Of a DNA stretch of 64,000 nucleotides, positions 40,177-49,633 are shown piece after piece. The stretch's first letter is position 1; every line of letters begins with the position of its first letter. The notes under the pieces were generated by a model. The model made no database searches. It saw nothing but the letters and a program-made list of their open reading frames with translations, and was not told the origin of the DNA. The stretch comes from an uncultured Clostridia bacterium (GTDB lineage Bacteria > CAYTYR01 > UBA6262). The translations under genes were made by a program, and so were the position numbers. The DNA is taken from assembly GCA_964441745.1 (NCBI GenBank), contig CAYTYR010000012.1, positions 1 through 64,000 on the forward strand, in the 5' to 3' direction.

Positions 40177-40998
40177 TTATTTCTGGCATTTCGGGCAATA
40201 GTGGGTGCCGCGGCCGGCAACAACGATTCGCTTAATCTCCCCCTTGCACCTCAGACACTTATTCCCCTTCTTGCCATATACCTTCAAGTGATTCTGAAAA
40301 TCCCCGCCTTGGCCTTCTGGAGTAGTAAAATTCACTACAGTTGTTCCGCAAAATTCAATGGCTTTGGCCAGGATTTTCCTGATCGCTTCAAAAATCCGCT
40401 TTTTTTCAGCTGTTCTCAGCCGGTTCGCCGGCCGATTAGGACTGACTCCGGCAGCATACAATACTTCATCTACATATATATTGCCCAAACCAGCTACTAC
40501 CTGCTGGTTTAAAAGTACTACTTTGATCTTGCCCTTATTTCTGGCCAGTGCCTGGCTGAACTCCTGGAAAACAAATTTATCTTCCAATGGTTCTGGTCCC
40601 AGTTTCATGATCGGTTTAAAGCATTCCATATTTTTAGAATCGATCAGCCACACTTTCCCGAATTTCCTGATATCTGAATAGACCATTTCCAGGCCACCGG
40701 AGAGCTGGAAGATAAGATGCATGAATTTATTTTTCTCTATTTTTGGCCCGACCAGCCAGTGTCCGGTCATCCGCAGGTGCGATACCATTATTTTACCGCC
40801 GCTTAAATGAAAGAGCAGGAATTTTCCCCGGCGGGACATTGATTCTATTTTCTTCCCAATAATATCTTCACGAAATGTTTTAAAAACAGGATACGCAACT
40901 ATTTTCTCAAAGTTACTTTCAACTTTTAGTATGGCCTTACCTAATATTTTCCTGGACAGGGCTCTTTTTACTGTTTCCACTTCCGGCAGTTCAGGCAT
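40177..40998 (-). CDS. mutM: Formamidopyrimidine-DNA glycosylase
   Basis: MPELPEVE, RRGK, HLRMTG, GLGNIY, C-terminal zinc finger. Confidence 0.97.
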   Translation of the reverse strand: MPELPEVETVKRALSRKILGKAILKVESNFEKIVAYPVFKTFREDIIGKKIESMSRRGKFLLFHLSGGKIMVSHLRMTGHWLVGPKIEKNKFMHLIFQLSGGLEMVYSDIRKFGKVWLIDSKNMECFKPIMKLGPEPLEDKFVFQEFSQALARNKGKIKVVLLNQQVVAGLGNIYVDEVLYAAGVSPNRPANRLRTAEKKRIFEAIRKILAKAIEFCGTTVVNFTTPEGQGGDFQNHLKVYGKKGNKCLRCKGEIKRIVVAGRGTHYCPKCQK

Positions 40999-41008
40999 AT
41001 TTAAATAC

Positions 41009-41072
41009 AGTGGTAAGTTAAAAGTGGTAAGTGGTAAGTTTAAAAATACTTTAGACTTTTAACTGGTAACTG
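41009..41072. repeat. Family D heptamer element; right arm encodes the C-terminus and stop of the 41051 ORF
   Basis: agtggta agttaaa agtggta agtggta agtttaa ... actttta actggta actg. Confidence 0.75.
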
Positions 41073-41440
41073 TTCTCCTGTTCTTTTGGTATTTCTAAAG
41101 GTGATATTTGAGTATATCCACGTTGCGAAAACAGGAATAATAAGGCAATCAACATGGGAACAAGCCCATTAAATAAATTAATGCTGGATAGCCTCCCCAG
41201 ATAGTAGCAAAAAAGCACAAAAATGAATCCTTCAGCAAAAAGCCAGGCCCCACCGGCCACTGGTTTACGTAAAGCGATCATGACGGTAAGAGTCAGTATC
41301 AAACCAGCTGCTAAATCCTGCAGGTAATTCCAAAAACTGGCATATTCCCCGTTCACAAACTGCCCGGTAATGATTACCAGCCAGATAATAGCGATGAACA
41401 ATCCGGAAAAACTCGCGATCCAATAGATTAGTTTACGCAC
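41051..41440 (-). CDS. Hypothetical 4-TM membrane protein between polA and mutM
   Basis: 129-aa hydrophobic ORF, GTG start with GAGG RBS. Confidence 0.7.
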   Translation of the reverse strand: MRKLIYWIASFSGLFIAIIWLVIITGQFVNGEYASFWNYLQDLAAGLILTLTVMIALRKPVAGGAWLFAEGFIFVLFCYYLGRLSSINLFNGLVPMLIALLFLFSQRGYTQISPLEIPKEQENSYQLKV

Positions 41441-41449
41441 AATAACCTC

Positions 41450-41585
41450 AAATTCTAAATTCTAATATCGAAATCCTAAACAATTTCAAAATCATAAATT
41501 TGAATATCTAAACAAGGACTTACTTGGTTTTGAAATTAATATATTAGAAATTGTTTAGAGTTTAGAAATTAGTGCTTCGTATTTG
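41450..41585. repeat. Family C palindromic element
   Basis: aaattct aaattct aatatcg aaatcct aaacaattt ... aaattgttt agagttt agaaatt agtgctt cgtattt. Confidence 0.8.
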
Positions 41586-41588
41586 TTC

Positions 41589-44249
41589 TTAATTTAGGTC
41601 TCTCCAGTTCGGGCCAGCGCTGACATTAGCTTCTAAAGGCACATCCAATTTTAGGGCTGTTTCCATTTCCTGTTTGATCATTTTTTCTAATTGCTTAACT
41701 TCGGCCTGAGGCGCTTCAAAGATCAGTTCATCATGAACTTGCAAGAGCATTTTAGATTGGAATTTTTCAAGTTTAAGTTTTTTATCTATATTAATCATCG
41801 CCAGCTTAATAATATCCGCCGCTGTTCCCTGGATCGGCATATTGATCGCTACCCGCTCGGCAAAGGAACGGATATTCCTGTCCTTGGCATTTATTTCCGG
41901 CAGATATCTCCGGCGGTTCAACAAGGTCGTGACAAAACCGTCATGCCTGGCTTTTTCCACGATCTTTTCCATATATTCTTTCACCCCACTGAAGCGGGCA
42001 AAGTATTTATCAATGTAATCCTTGGCAGTGGCGGCATCTATACCCAGCGCCTGGGATAAGCCGTACGGACTCATGCCATAGGACAGTCCAAAGTTCACCG
42101 TCTTGGCAATGCGCCGTTTTTCGTCATCCACCTCTTCCGGTTTCAAGCCGAATATTTCGCAGGCTGTATGGCTATGGATATCTTCATGGTTATGGAAAGC
42201 CTTTTTCATCTGCTCATCACCAGACATATGCGCCAATACCCGCAAGTCGATCTGCGAGTAATCAGCAGACACAAAGATACACCCCTCTTTGGGGATAAAC
42301 GAACGCCTGATGGACCGCCCTATTTCTGTACGGATCGGTATATTCTGCAGGTTCGGCTCGCTGGAGGACAATCTACCGGTTGTCGTCACGGTTTGGTTAA
42401 ACGAAGTATGCAGCCGGCCGGTTTTTGGATTGATCATCTCCGGTATCGGGTCGATGTAGGTGGATTTAAGCTTGGCCAATTCCCGGTACTCAATTATTCT
42501 CTTAGGCAGTTCATGCATGTTTTGCAGTTGGCGCAGGACTGATTCATTGGTTGACGCGCCGGTTTTAGTTTTTTCTATTATGGGCAGTCCTAATTTTTCA
42601 AAAAGTATCTTGGAAAGTTGCTGGGGTGAGTTAATATTAAACTCAGTCTCAGCTATTTTATAAATCACTTGCTCCAAAGTGGTAATTTTTCCATCGATCT
42701 CTTTGGATAATTCTTTCAGGTATGGCAAATCCACCAGGATCCCGGCATATTCCATCTCTGCCAGGATCTCTAGTACTGGCATCTCCACATCATAGAACAG
42801 TTTGTCCAATCCTTTTTCTGTCATCATCCCGGACAATTTTTGCTGCAACCGCCAAACCATATCCACCTGGGCACAGGCATATTCGCCTACTCTTTCCACC
42901 GGTACCTGATCCATAGTGATTTGCTTGGCCCCTTTGCCGATCAAGTCTGTGATCGGGATCATCTTGTATTGCATATATTCGGCAGAAATGTCTTCCAGGC
43001 TATGGTTGAGTTTGGACGGATTAATCAGGTAAGAGGCAATCATAGTATCAAAAGAGATACCGTTCAATATTAATCCTTCATTTTTCAGGACCAACAGGTC
43101 ATATTTCAGGTTTTGTCCGTACTTCTTTATCTTTTCTTCTTCAATAATAGGCTGGAGCAGGTCCAATACTCTTTTCTTATCCTGGACCGGAGCGCCCAGA
43201 TAGCTGTGCGCTACAGGTATATAATAGGCTTTCTTTTCCTCATGACAAAGCACGATACCTACTATCTTCGCCAGCATTGGCTCGCTGTTATTAGTCTCCA
43301 GATCAATGGATACTTCTTTTTTGTGTTTTATCGTATCAATGATCTTGGCCAACTCAGCCAGGTCAGTAACAACTTTGTAGGATGCATCTTTTTCCGCGCT
43401 CTGGTCGATTAATTCTGTAGTGAGAGATTTAAATTCATATTTACTAAACAAGGCCAGGGCTTTTTCCTGATCCAGCGGGACAGGTTTCAGATCCTCTAAG
43501 GTAAATTTAAGCGGTACATTTTCCACCAGGGTCACCAGTTCTTTTGATTTAAATGCCAGTTCCCGGCCAGCTTCCATTCTATTCTTCACTTTAGCTGGCA
43601 TCTGATCCAGGCGCTCATACATATTTTCAATGGTCCCGTATTCTTTTACTAGCTGTAAAGCTGTCTTTTCGCCTATCCCTGGGACCCCCGGTATATTATC
43701 GCTCGAATCGCCGCACAGGCCTAAATAATCCTTGATCTTATCCGCGCTAAATCCGAATTTTTCCTGTACTTCTTTACCTGTAAAAAGGATCCCCTTAGGT
43801 TCACTCAGTACTTTGATATTTTCATCTACTAGTTGGAGGATATCCTTATCCCCGCTGACGATCACCACATCCACATCCTGCTTTTCCGCCTGCCGGGCAA
43901 TAGTAGCGATCAGGTCATCAGCTTCATAGCCAGGCATCCGGAAAACCGGAATCTTAAAAGCTTCTACCATTTCCTGGACCATGGGTATCTGGGTTTTGAG
44001 CTCATCAGGAGTTTCCTTGCGGGTAGCCTTATACTGTTCAAAAGCTTTATGCCGGAAAGTCGGATGCGGGGAATCAAAGCAAACTGCCAAATAATCAGGC
44101 TGTTCACGTTTGATGATCTTAAGCAGCATGCGGGTAAAACCATAGACTGCGTTGATCACCAAGCCTTGGGAATTGGTGAGCATCGGGAGGGCATGGAACG
44201 CGCGGTGAATATAGGCATGTCCATCTATGATATATAGCTTTTTTTTCAA
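41589..44249 (-). CDS. polA: DNA polymerase I
   Basis: 5'-3' exonuclease (EADD, GDSSDNIPG), 3'-5' exonuclease domain, TGRLSS.EPNLQNIP, motif A DYSQIDLR, QVHDEL. Confidence 0.98.
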   Translation of the reverse strand: MKKKLYIIDGHAYIHRAFHALPMLTNSQGLVINAVYGFTRMLLKIIKREQPDYLAVCFDSPHPTFRHKAFEQYKATRKETPDELKTQIPMVQEMVEAFKIPVFRMPGYEADDLIATIARQAEKQDVDVVIVSGDKDILQLVDENIKVLSEPKGILFTGKEVQEKFGFSADKIKDYLGLCGDSSDNIPGVPGIGEKTALQLVKEYGTIENMYERLDQMPAKVKNRMEAGRELAFKSKELVTLVENVPLKFTLEDLKPVPLDQEKALALFSKYEFKSLTTELIDQSAEKDASYKVVTDLAELAKIIDTIKHKKEVSIDLETNNSEPMLAKIVGIVLCHEEKKAYYIPVAHSYLGAPVQDKKRVLDLLQPIIEEEKIKKYGQNLKYDLLVLKNEGLILNGISFDTMIASYLINPSKLNHSLEDISAEYMQYKMIPITDLIGKGAKQITMDQVPVERVGEYACAQVDMVWRLQQKLSGMMTEKGLDKLFYDVEMPVLEILAEMEYAGILVDLPYLKELSKEIDGKITTLEQVIYKIAETEFNINSPQQLSKILFEKLGLPIIEKTKTGASTNESVLRQLQNMHELPKRIIEYRELAKLKSTYIDPIPEMINPKTGRLHTSFNQTVTTTGRLSSSEPNLQNIPIRTEIGRSIRRSFIPKEGCIFVSADYSQIDLRVLAHMSGDEQMKKAFHNHEDIHSHTACEIFGLKPEEVDDEKRRIAKTVNFGLSYGMSPYGLSQALGIDAATAKDYIDKYFARFSGVKEYMEKIVEKARHDGFVTTLLNRRRYLPEINAKDRNIRSFAERVAINMPIQGTAADIIKLAMINIDKKLKLEKFQSKMLLQVHDELIFEAPQAEVKQLEKMIKQEMETALKLDVPLEANVSAGPNWRDLN

Positions 44250-44278
44250 GGTCGGGACCTCATTGTCTTTTTCCGTGT

Positions 44279-44491
44279 ATCAGTGAACTGTCACTATTTG
44301 TTCGCTCCGGTGTCGGTTTCCATGTCCGCTCACGCGGACCTGCGCCAAAGGTCATTTGACAACTCGGTGCCTGCGCAACTCGCCCCCTGGGCTCAAACAT
44401 GCTCGGCATCCAGCAGATACCCTCGTTGTCTGCAAGCTGCTTTGGGCTGAAACACGACAAGCTCGCTCAAAATAATGACCAGTTCCCTGAT
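44279..44491. mobile_element. Putative MITE with imperfect terminal inverted repeats
   Basis: Left atcagtgaactgtcactattt; reverse complement of right end atcagggaactggtcattattt; GC-richer non-coding interior. Confidence 0.55.
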
Positions 44492-44575
44492 CTAGACATT
44501 GGATAATAGGCGAAGCGCGGCTCCGACGTAACATCGGAGAATGACTCAGCGAGACAGTGAGTCTATTTAAATTTA

Positions 44576-45388
44576 TTAATATTTGTCAAATACGACGCGA
44601 CAGTGGAAGTCTTTGAGACGGCGCATAAGGATTCTGCTCATTTGCGCATGAAGCAAACCATTGGTGGCCAGGATTTCCTGGTCATAATGGGAATATTTAC
44701 TGCCGTTAAACTTGGACAGCTTCCCGCCAGCCTCAGTCACCACCAGGATAGCGGCTGCCGTATCCCAGGGCTTGAGCCCGATCTCCCAGAATCCGTCAAA
44801 GCGGCCGCAGGCTACATAACATAAGTCCAAAGCCGCAGAGCCCATCCTTCGTACTGCCTGAGCGGTCATCAGAAAATCCACGAAATGTTCGACATTGGAA
44901 TCCCGGGCATCTTTTATCTCATAGGCAAAACCGGTACACAGCAGGGACTTTTTCATGTCTTTTATCTTGGAAACTCTTATTTTCTTCTCATTAAGAAAAG
45001 CTCCGCCACCTTTGGTAGCATAAAAGAGTTCATCGTGCATCGGGTCGTAGACCACTCCTACTACCGGCTGGCAATTGATCTCCAATGCTATTGAAACGCT
45101 GAAATACGGAAAGTCATGGGCAAAATTGGTGGTGCCGTCTATGGGATCCACGATCCAGCGGTAGCCGCAACCTTCGCGTTTACCCCCGCCTTCCTCACCT
45201 AAAAAAAGATGCTTTGGGAACTTCCTTAATAAATGATTTTTGATCAATTGCTCAGAAGCCTTGTCCACGTCAGTAACCAGGTCAATGTCTCCTTTGTAAT
45301 CAATCTTTTTAGTTTTACCTACGCGGCGCCTGATCAATTCCCCGCTCTTCTTCGCCGCTATTATCGCTTCTTTTAAGAACTCCTGCAA
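44576..45388 (-). CDS. suhB: Inositol monophosphatase family protein
   Basis: GEE, WIVDPIDGTTNF, GSAALDL, PWDTAA. Confidence 0.92.
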   Translation of the reverse strand: MQEFLKEAIIAAKKSGELIRRRVGKTKKIDYKGDIDLVTDVDKASEQLIKNHLLRKFPKHLFLGEEGGGKREGCGYRWIVDPIDGTTNFAHDFPYFSVSIALEINCQPVVGVVYDPMHDELFYATKGGGAFLNEKKIRVSKIKDMKKSLLCTGFAYEIKDARDSNVEHFVDFLMTAQAVRRMGSAALDLCYVACGRFDGFWEIGLKPWDTAAAILVVTEAGGKLSKFNGSKYSHYDQEILATNGLLHAQMSRILMRRLKDFHCRVVFDKY

Positions 45389-45400
45389 AGTGATTCTCCG

Positions 45401-45486
45401 TAAGCGGATAGCGTTTAGCGGGTAGCGTATAGAAAATCAACTTGCTTTTCCTATCCGCCATACGCTATACGCTTTACGCCGATTTT
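45401..45486. repeat. Family A element
   Basis: Same spacer gaaaatcaacttgcttttcc as 37961-38040. Confidence 0.92.
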
Positions 45487-46006
45487 AAAGATTCATCCAG
45501 TTCCAGACCTGGCTTTCTTCTTCCGTGAACCAATCACTGGTCTGGGTCAGGTATAAATGGACATTAGCCAAGGCTTCATAATGGGCGTTTTCCTGTTTGA
45601 GCAATTCTTTATAGAACAGTTTTTCATTATTATCCGTAGCTTTGGCCAGGAATTTCTCATACATGACATAACCCTTTTTCTCTACCTCCATAGCCAATTC
45701 TAAACCCTTGATATTATCCGCTAAATGTATTGCCGGATCCTTTTTTACAGAATGGAAATATTCTTTTATGATATATTCCAGTTTTTCCCCTTCTTCCACG
45801 GTCCAGCGCGGCCATTTATTCTCGTGTTTCAGTTTTTCATAGATATCCTCAAACATAATAATATGCTGGATCTCCTGCTGGGCCAATTGGTAAAAAAGCC
45901 GGCGCGACAAGGGATTCTTGGTCTTGGCCGCAAGCTGCAGATACAAGCCTACCCCTCTTCTCTCAAAATCAAGGCTGATCTTCAATGCACTCGGTATCTT
46001 AGCCAT
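45485..46006 (-). CDS. Ferritin-like/rubrerythrin-domain protein
   Basis: Two E-x6-Y...ExxH helix pairs (ERRGVGLY..EIQH; EKKGYVMY..ENAH). Confidence 0.85.
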   Translation of the reverse strand: MAKIPSALKISLDFERRGVGLYLQLAAKTKNPLSRRLFYQLAQQEIQHIIMFEDIYEKLKHENKWPRWTVEEGEKLEYIIKEYFHSVKKDPAIHLADNIKGLELAMEVEKKGYVMYEKFLAKATDNNEKLFYKELLKQENAHYEALANVHLYLTQTSDWFTEEESQVWNWMNL

Positions 46007-46026
46007 ATCTTTCCTCCTGGAAATAA

Positions 46027-46103
46027 GATTACACAGATTAAATAAAAATCCGCCAGAGGCGGACAGGGATTACACAGATTAAAAACTCTAAACCTGCATA
46101 ATC
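46027..46103. repeat. Family E element with nested hairpin tccgcc-aga-ggcgga
   Basis: gattacacagatt ... [tccgccagaggcggacagg] gattacacagatt. Confidence 0.8.
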
Positions 46104-46112
46104 ATTCTCTCC

Positions 46113-46307
46113 CTATTGCTTAATTAATTCAAGCATTTCCTGGGCCAGTTGTATATGCTTGACCTCATCCTGCTTGATCTGCTCTAAGCGGGCAATAATA
46201 AATTCATCCTGTATCTGGCTGATTATCTGGGTGTACAGCTTTAGCGCAATTTTTTCCCGCTCCAGTATATCCTCAAATTTCTTTACGATATTTTCGCTAA
46301 TAGTCAT
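46113..46307 (-). CDS. Small half-ferritin-like (two-helix) protein
   Basis: EREKIALKLY ... DEVKH motif pair in 64 aa. Confidence 0.65.
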   Translation of the reverse strand: MTISENIVKKFEDILEREKIALKLYTQIISQIQDEFIIARLEQIKQDEVKHIQLAQEMLELIKQ

Positions 46308-46533
46308 TTTTTTGTCCTTGTTTGACCTGCTCTATGAGATCCTGGATCATGGTCTTATGCCTTAAACTGTCCTGCTCTAAGATCCTCAAGGAAGCATCGA
46401 TCTTTTTTAAGGAATTTGGGCCCAGGGAGAGATTATCAATTACATTTTGGAAAAAATAGCTCATTAGTGATACGAATTCTTCTTCTATGGTATTAGAGCT
46501 CTGCAGTTGTTTTAGGAGTTCATTCTTATTCAA
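46297..46533 (-). CDS. Small degenerate half-ferritin-like protein
   Basis: IEEE ... DSLRH; overlaps the next gene. Confidence 0.55.
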   Translation of the reverse strand: MNKNELLKQLQSSNTIEEEFVSLMSYFFQNVIDNLSLGPNSLKKIDASLRILEQDSLRHKTMIQDLIEQVKQGQKNDY

Positions 46534-46563
46534 GCCAAATACCTGCTCTTTCTATTAGATTGG

Positions 46564-48051
46564 CTATTTAGGCAAGGCTACTTTGGGCGGGTGTCCAAAT
46601 TCCTGTTCAAATATTTTAGGGAATTCATCCTTAGCGCCAATGAAAGTCATGGTTAACGGCATGGCGCGTTTGGCCTGGTCGCACATTTTGGCAGTTTTTT
46701 TCCTGATCTCCCACTGGGCATGTTCATCTTCGCGCAGGCGGGAGATGTGGTACAGCTCGCGGGCATTTACCTTCATCAGCGCCCGGCGCTTGTGGGCATT
46801 GGTCAGGATATACGGGGCGGCCATTGGGAAGTCAGCATTTATCCGGCGATAAATCTGGTTAGTCTTCTCGATTACTTCCTTAAACTCTTTATCCAGTCCT
46901 GCTTCCACAATAGAATCCGGTATTACCACTCCCAGGTCAGGATCATACTCCTGTGCGGTCATGGTCGCCATCCGATGCCTTTTCAGTTGGGCAAAACAGC
47001 TGGCAGAAACAAATAATTCATAGGTCAGTGAAGGGTATTCAAATTCGCGCAAAGTGGCATCATAGAATTGCAGATGTTGGCAGGCAGTCTTGACAAAATC
47101 TTTTTTTTGTTCGGGTTTCATCAGCCTGACGGATTGCAAACACTGGCGGTAATTAACTTTGGTGGTGGTATGGATCAATGCCGCTATCAATGAATCATCG
47201 GCATGCAGGCTGTATTCCACCAGGTTGACATCACCAGGATAGGACTCTGGCACGATCTGCTGGGAATTGAGGATTGCATGGCTCAGGCTCCTTAAAGCCG
47301 GATAAGTCTTCTGGTCATATTCATTGATATCAGTAAAGATAATTATAGAAGGAGCGACACTACTAACCAGGTTGTACATTTTCCGGCCCAGTTCCTGGAC
47401 TTCCTTAAGGGGATGGCTGGCAAAGCGGCGGATGACCAGCTCCAGGTTACGGGCATTCAGTGTTTCCCCTACCTGGCCGCAAGTCGCCAATGGCGTAATA
47501 TAGCGGGCATCTTCTTTGGCCCATCCATCCAGCAGGCTCTCCTTCTTGGGGTCAGCCGCTTCATTAGGATTTTTTTCCTTAACCTGCTTCTTCAGGGCAG
47601 CGTAACATTTTTTGTAGAAACCAAACTGCAGGCGCACAGTCTCGGAAAATTCCCGGACATGAGCGCTCATTTTAAGTTCTACCGGTATGACATAATCGTC
47701 TGCCAGCGTGATATAACGTTGTGATTTTTCGGTAAAGGAACAGAGCCGGAATTTCTCGATCTCTTCCAGCGCCAGACGGGACACGCCGATAATGTCAAAA
47801 TTGAACACGGCATGTTCAGCCACTGAATGGTGGCCCATTTTAAAAATAATGGCTTTGTTGGACTTACGGGCGCTTTCGACTTCCTGGCGGGCTATCTGCC
47901 GCAGCTCATCGATAGACCTGGGATCACGGCTGATCCTGGCATAAGCAGCAGATAAGGTTTCAGGAGTAACATCGGCTCTGGCTGGATTGCTTTTGGTGAG
48001 ATCTTTTATGACATCAGTATCAAGATTATAACCGGCAAGTAGGATTTTCAT
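46564..48051 (-). CDS. thyX: FAD-dependent thymidylate synthase, tandem-domain type
   Basis: GHHSVAEH, SQRY, EDARY, NARNL in domain 1; QLKRHR, NAREL, HAQWEIR in domain 2. Confidence 0.88.
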   Translation of the reverse strand: MKILLAGYNLDTDVIKDLTKSNPARADVTPETLSAAYARISRDPRSIDELRQIARQEVESARKSNKAIIFKMGHHSVAEHAVFNFDIIGVSRLALEEIEKFRLCSFTEKSQRYITLADDYVIPVELKMSAHVREFSETVRLQFGFYKKCYAALKKQVKEKNPNEAADPKKESLLDGWAKEDARYITPLATCGQVGETLNARNLELVIRRFASHPLKEVQELGRKMYNLVSSVAPSIIIFTDINEYDQKTYPALRSLSHAILNSQQIVPESYPGDVNLVEYSLHADDSLIAALIHTTTKVNYRQCLQSVRLMKPEQKKDFVKTACQHLQFYDATLREFEYPSLTYELFVSASCFAQLKRHRMATMTAQEYDPDLGVVIPDSIVEAGLDKEFKEVIEKTNQIYRRINADFPMAAPYILTNAHKRRALMKVNARELYHISRLREDEHAQWEIRKKTAKMCDQAKRAMPLTMTFIGAKDEFPKIFEQEFGHPPKVALPK

Positions 48052-48066
48052 AATATTGGCAGTCGC

Positions 48067-48447
48067 TTAAGTGGTTGGATTTTCATTAATTGGCTGCTCG
48101 GCCCCCCTCTTTTCCTGCAGTTCCAGATCTGACAGGAAATCAACCAGGACGCTGAGCTTTTTGATATCCATATTCATGAACATAACGCCCAATCGGGTAC
48201 CCTCACCTTCCTGGCCGTTGTAAATGACCCGGGCATTAACCAGGTCTAACAGCACTCCGTTGGGAAGGTGCATATTCATAACTACATAGTTTAAATTCGG
48301 GCACTCATCTTTCAAGAAGATCCTGGCGCCGCCCGCGCTGATATTAGTAACCATCCCGGAATAACCCTGTCCGGGGGCAAAAGCATTAAAAAATTTAACT
48401 GGCACACATGTAGCAAACCTAAAAAACTGCCTTTTTTCCATTGACAT
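48067..48447 (-). CDS. PilZ domain protein
   Basis: EKRQFFR (RxxxR) and NISAGG motifs. Confidence 0.85.
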   Translation of the reverse strand: MSMEKRQFFRFATCVPVKFFNAFAPGQGYSGMVTNISAGGARIFLKDECPNLNYVVMNMHLPNGVLLDLVNARVIYNGQEGEGTRLGVMFMNMDIKKLSVLVDFLSDLELQEKRGAEQPINENPTT

Positions 48448-48460
48448 GATCTACATCCTC

Positions 48461-48566
48461 AGATTACACAGATTTTTGAAAGCCCTGCCTGCCGCAGGCA
48501 GGGATTACACAGATTCAATCAAAAGCTTGTAATCGGTGTAATCTCCTTTAGAAATCGGTGTAATCA
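48461..48566. repeat. Complete family E palindromic element with nested cctgcc-gca-ggcagg hairpin
   Basis: gattacacagatt x2 then aatcggtgtaatc x2. Confidence 0.88.
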
Positions 48567-48569
48567 TTT

Positions 48570-49166
48570 CTATATTTTATACTGACTGCCGACTTCTTTT
48601 AATTTCAGGATCAGAGTTTTTAGCGTCTCTTCTGTTTGTTGTTTTTCCTGGGGAGTAATATTCGGTTTGTTAATGGTGATCAAAGTTTCTTCTACCTTCT
48701 GCTGGATATCCTTTACTTTCTGCCGGTCAGCATCAACCATCCCTTTCAGGCTGTGCATCATCTCGTTAAAATCATCCACCAGGTCCGTGAGTTCGTCCCC
48801 TTTTCTTAACCGCATTTCAAAACTAAGGTCGCCTTTGGCTACATCCAGCAAACATTTTTTCAAGCGGTATAACGGTCCGGCTATCTTGTGGCTCATGTAC
48901 ACGCTGACTATCATCATTAAAACAATGGAGATGGCTACTCCAAAAAATATTTGTTTATCAGTCTGGTCCTTCACCGCATTCAGGAAAGGGCTCCAATCAT
49001 TATACCGGGATTCATTAAGCAATACATTCCAAATGTTTTGATAGATAAAGTAACCTACCACCAGGGACACAAACAGCATGGCAAATAAAACACTGCCTAC
49101 GTAGCGGAATTGCAGGCCACTTGATATGATCAGTCTTTTTCTTCTGTTTTTTACTCTCATTTCCAC
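48570..49166 (-). CDS. HAMP-domain membrane protein
   Basis: Two TM segments, SHKIAGPLYR, GDL...LRKGDEL. Confidence 0.8.
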   Translation of the reverse strand: MEMRVKNRRKRLIISSGLQFRYVGSVLFAMLFVSLVVGYFIYQNIWNVLLNESRYNDWSPFLNAVKDQTDKQIFFGVAISIVLMMIVSVYMSHKIAGPLYRLKKCLLDVAKGDLSFEMRLRKGDELTDLVDDFNEMMHSLKGMVDADRQKVKDIQQKVEETLITINKPNITPQEKQQTEETLKTLILKLKEVGSQYKI

Positions 49167-49204
49167 GGTGTTTCCCCCTAAAATAGGTTAGCTCATTAAT
49201 CATC

Positions 49205-49621
49205 TTACCATTCGTTAATGATATTGCCCTCTTTATCCAAAGCGTTGCAGTCTATTTTCACTTCTCCGCTATTTTCATCATAATACCACATACCGCTGTC
49301 TACCATGACCCTGGTTACTTGCTTGGATGCACGATAGCCAGGGATCCCCAAACGCACACTGGGGAACGGATGTACATAATTTGGTTCCAAATCTTCCAGG
49401 CCGTAAGGATAGTGGCCTCTTTGCAAGTAAAAAAGATTCACGGCTTTGCGCAGGTTTTCCAAAGCGCCGCGGGTGGATTTTTGCTCAGCGTTGGATTGGA
49501 TTTTTAGATAACTGGGGATGATCCAGACAATCAGGACCAGGATGATGGCGATCAAGAAGGTAAAGGCCAGTGAAAAACCACGTTTGTTTCTTAACAACTT
49601 GGGAAGTTTCATTGTTTTCAT
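49205..49621 (-). CDS. Pilin/type II secretion pseudopilin-like protein
   Basis: KRGFSL prepilin-like site (no Glu at +5), hydrophobic helix, YP..LEDL.P.Y. Confidence 0.7.
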   Translation of the reverse strand: MKTMKLPKLLRNKRGFSLAFTFLIAIILVLIVWIIPSYLKIQSNAEQKSTRGALENLRKAVNLFYLQRGHYPYGLEDLEPNYVHPFPSVRLGIPGYRASKQVTRVMVDSGMWYYDENSGEVKIDCNALDKEGNIINEW

Positions 49622-49633
49622 ATCATTCCCTTC

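Noticed and set aside
44260-44534. Two short minus-strand ORFs (66 and 60 aa) upstream of polA
   Set aside because: No recognisable motifs, mutually overlapping, and within a TIR-bounded non-coding element
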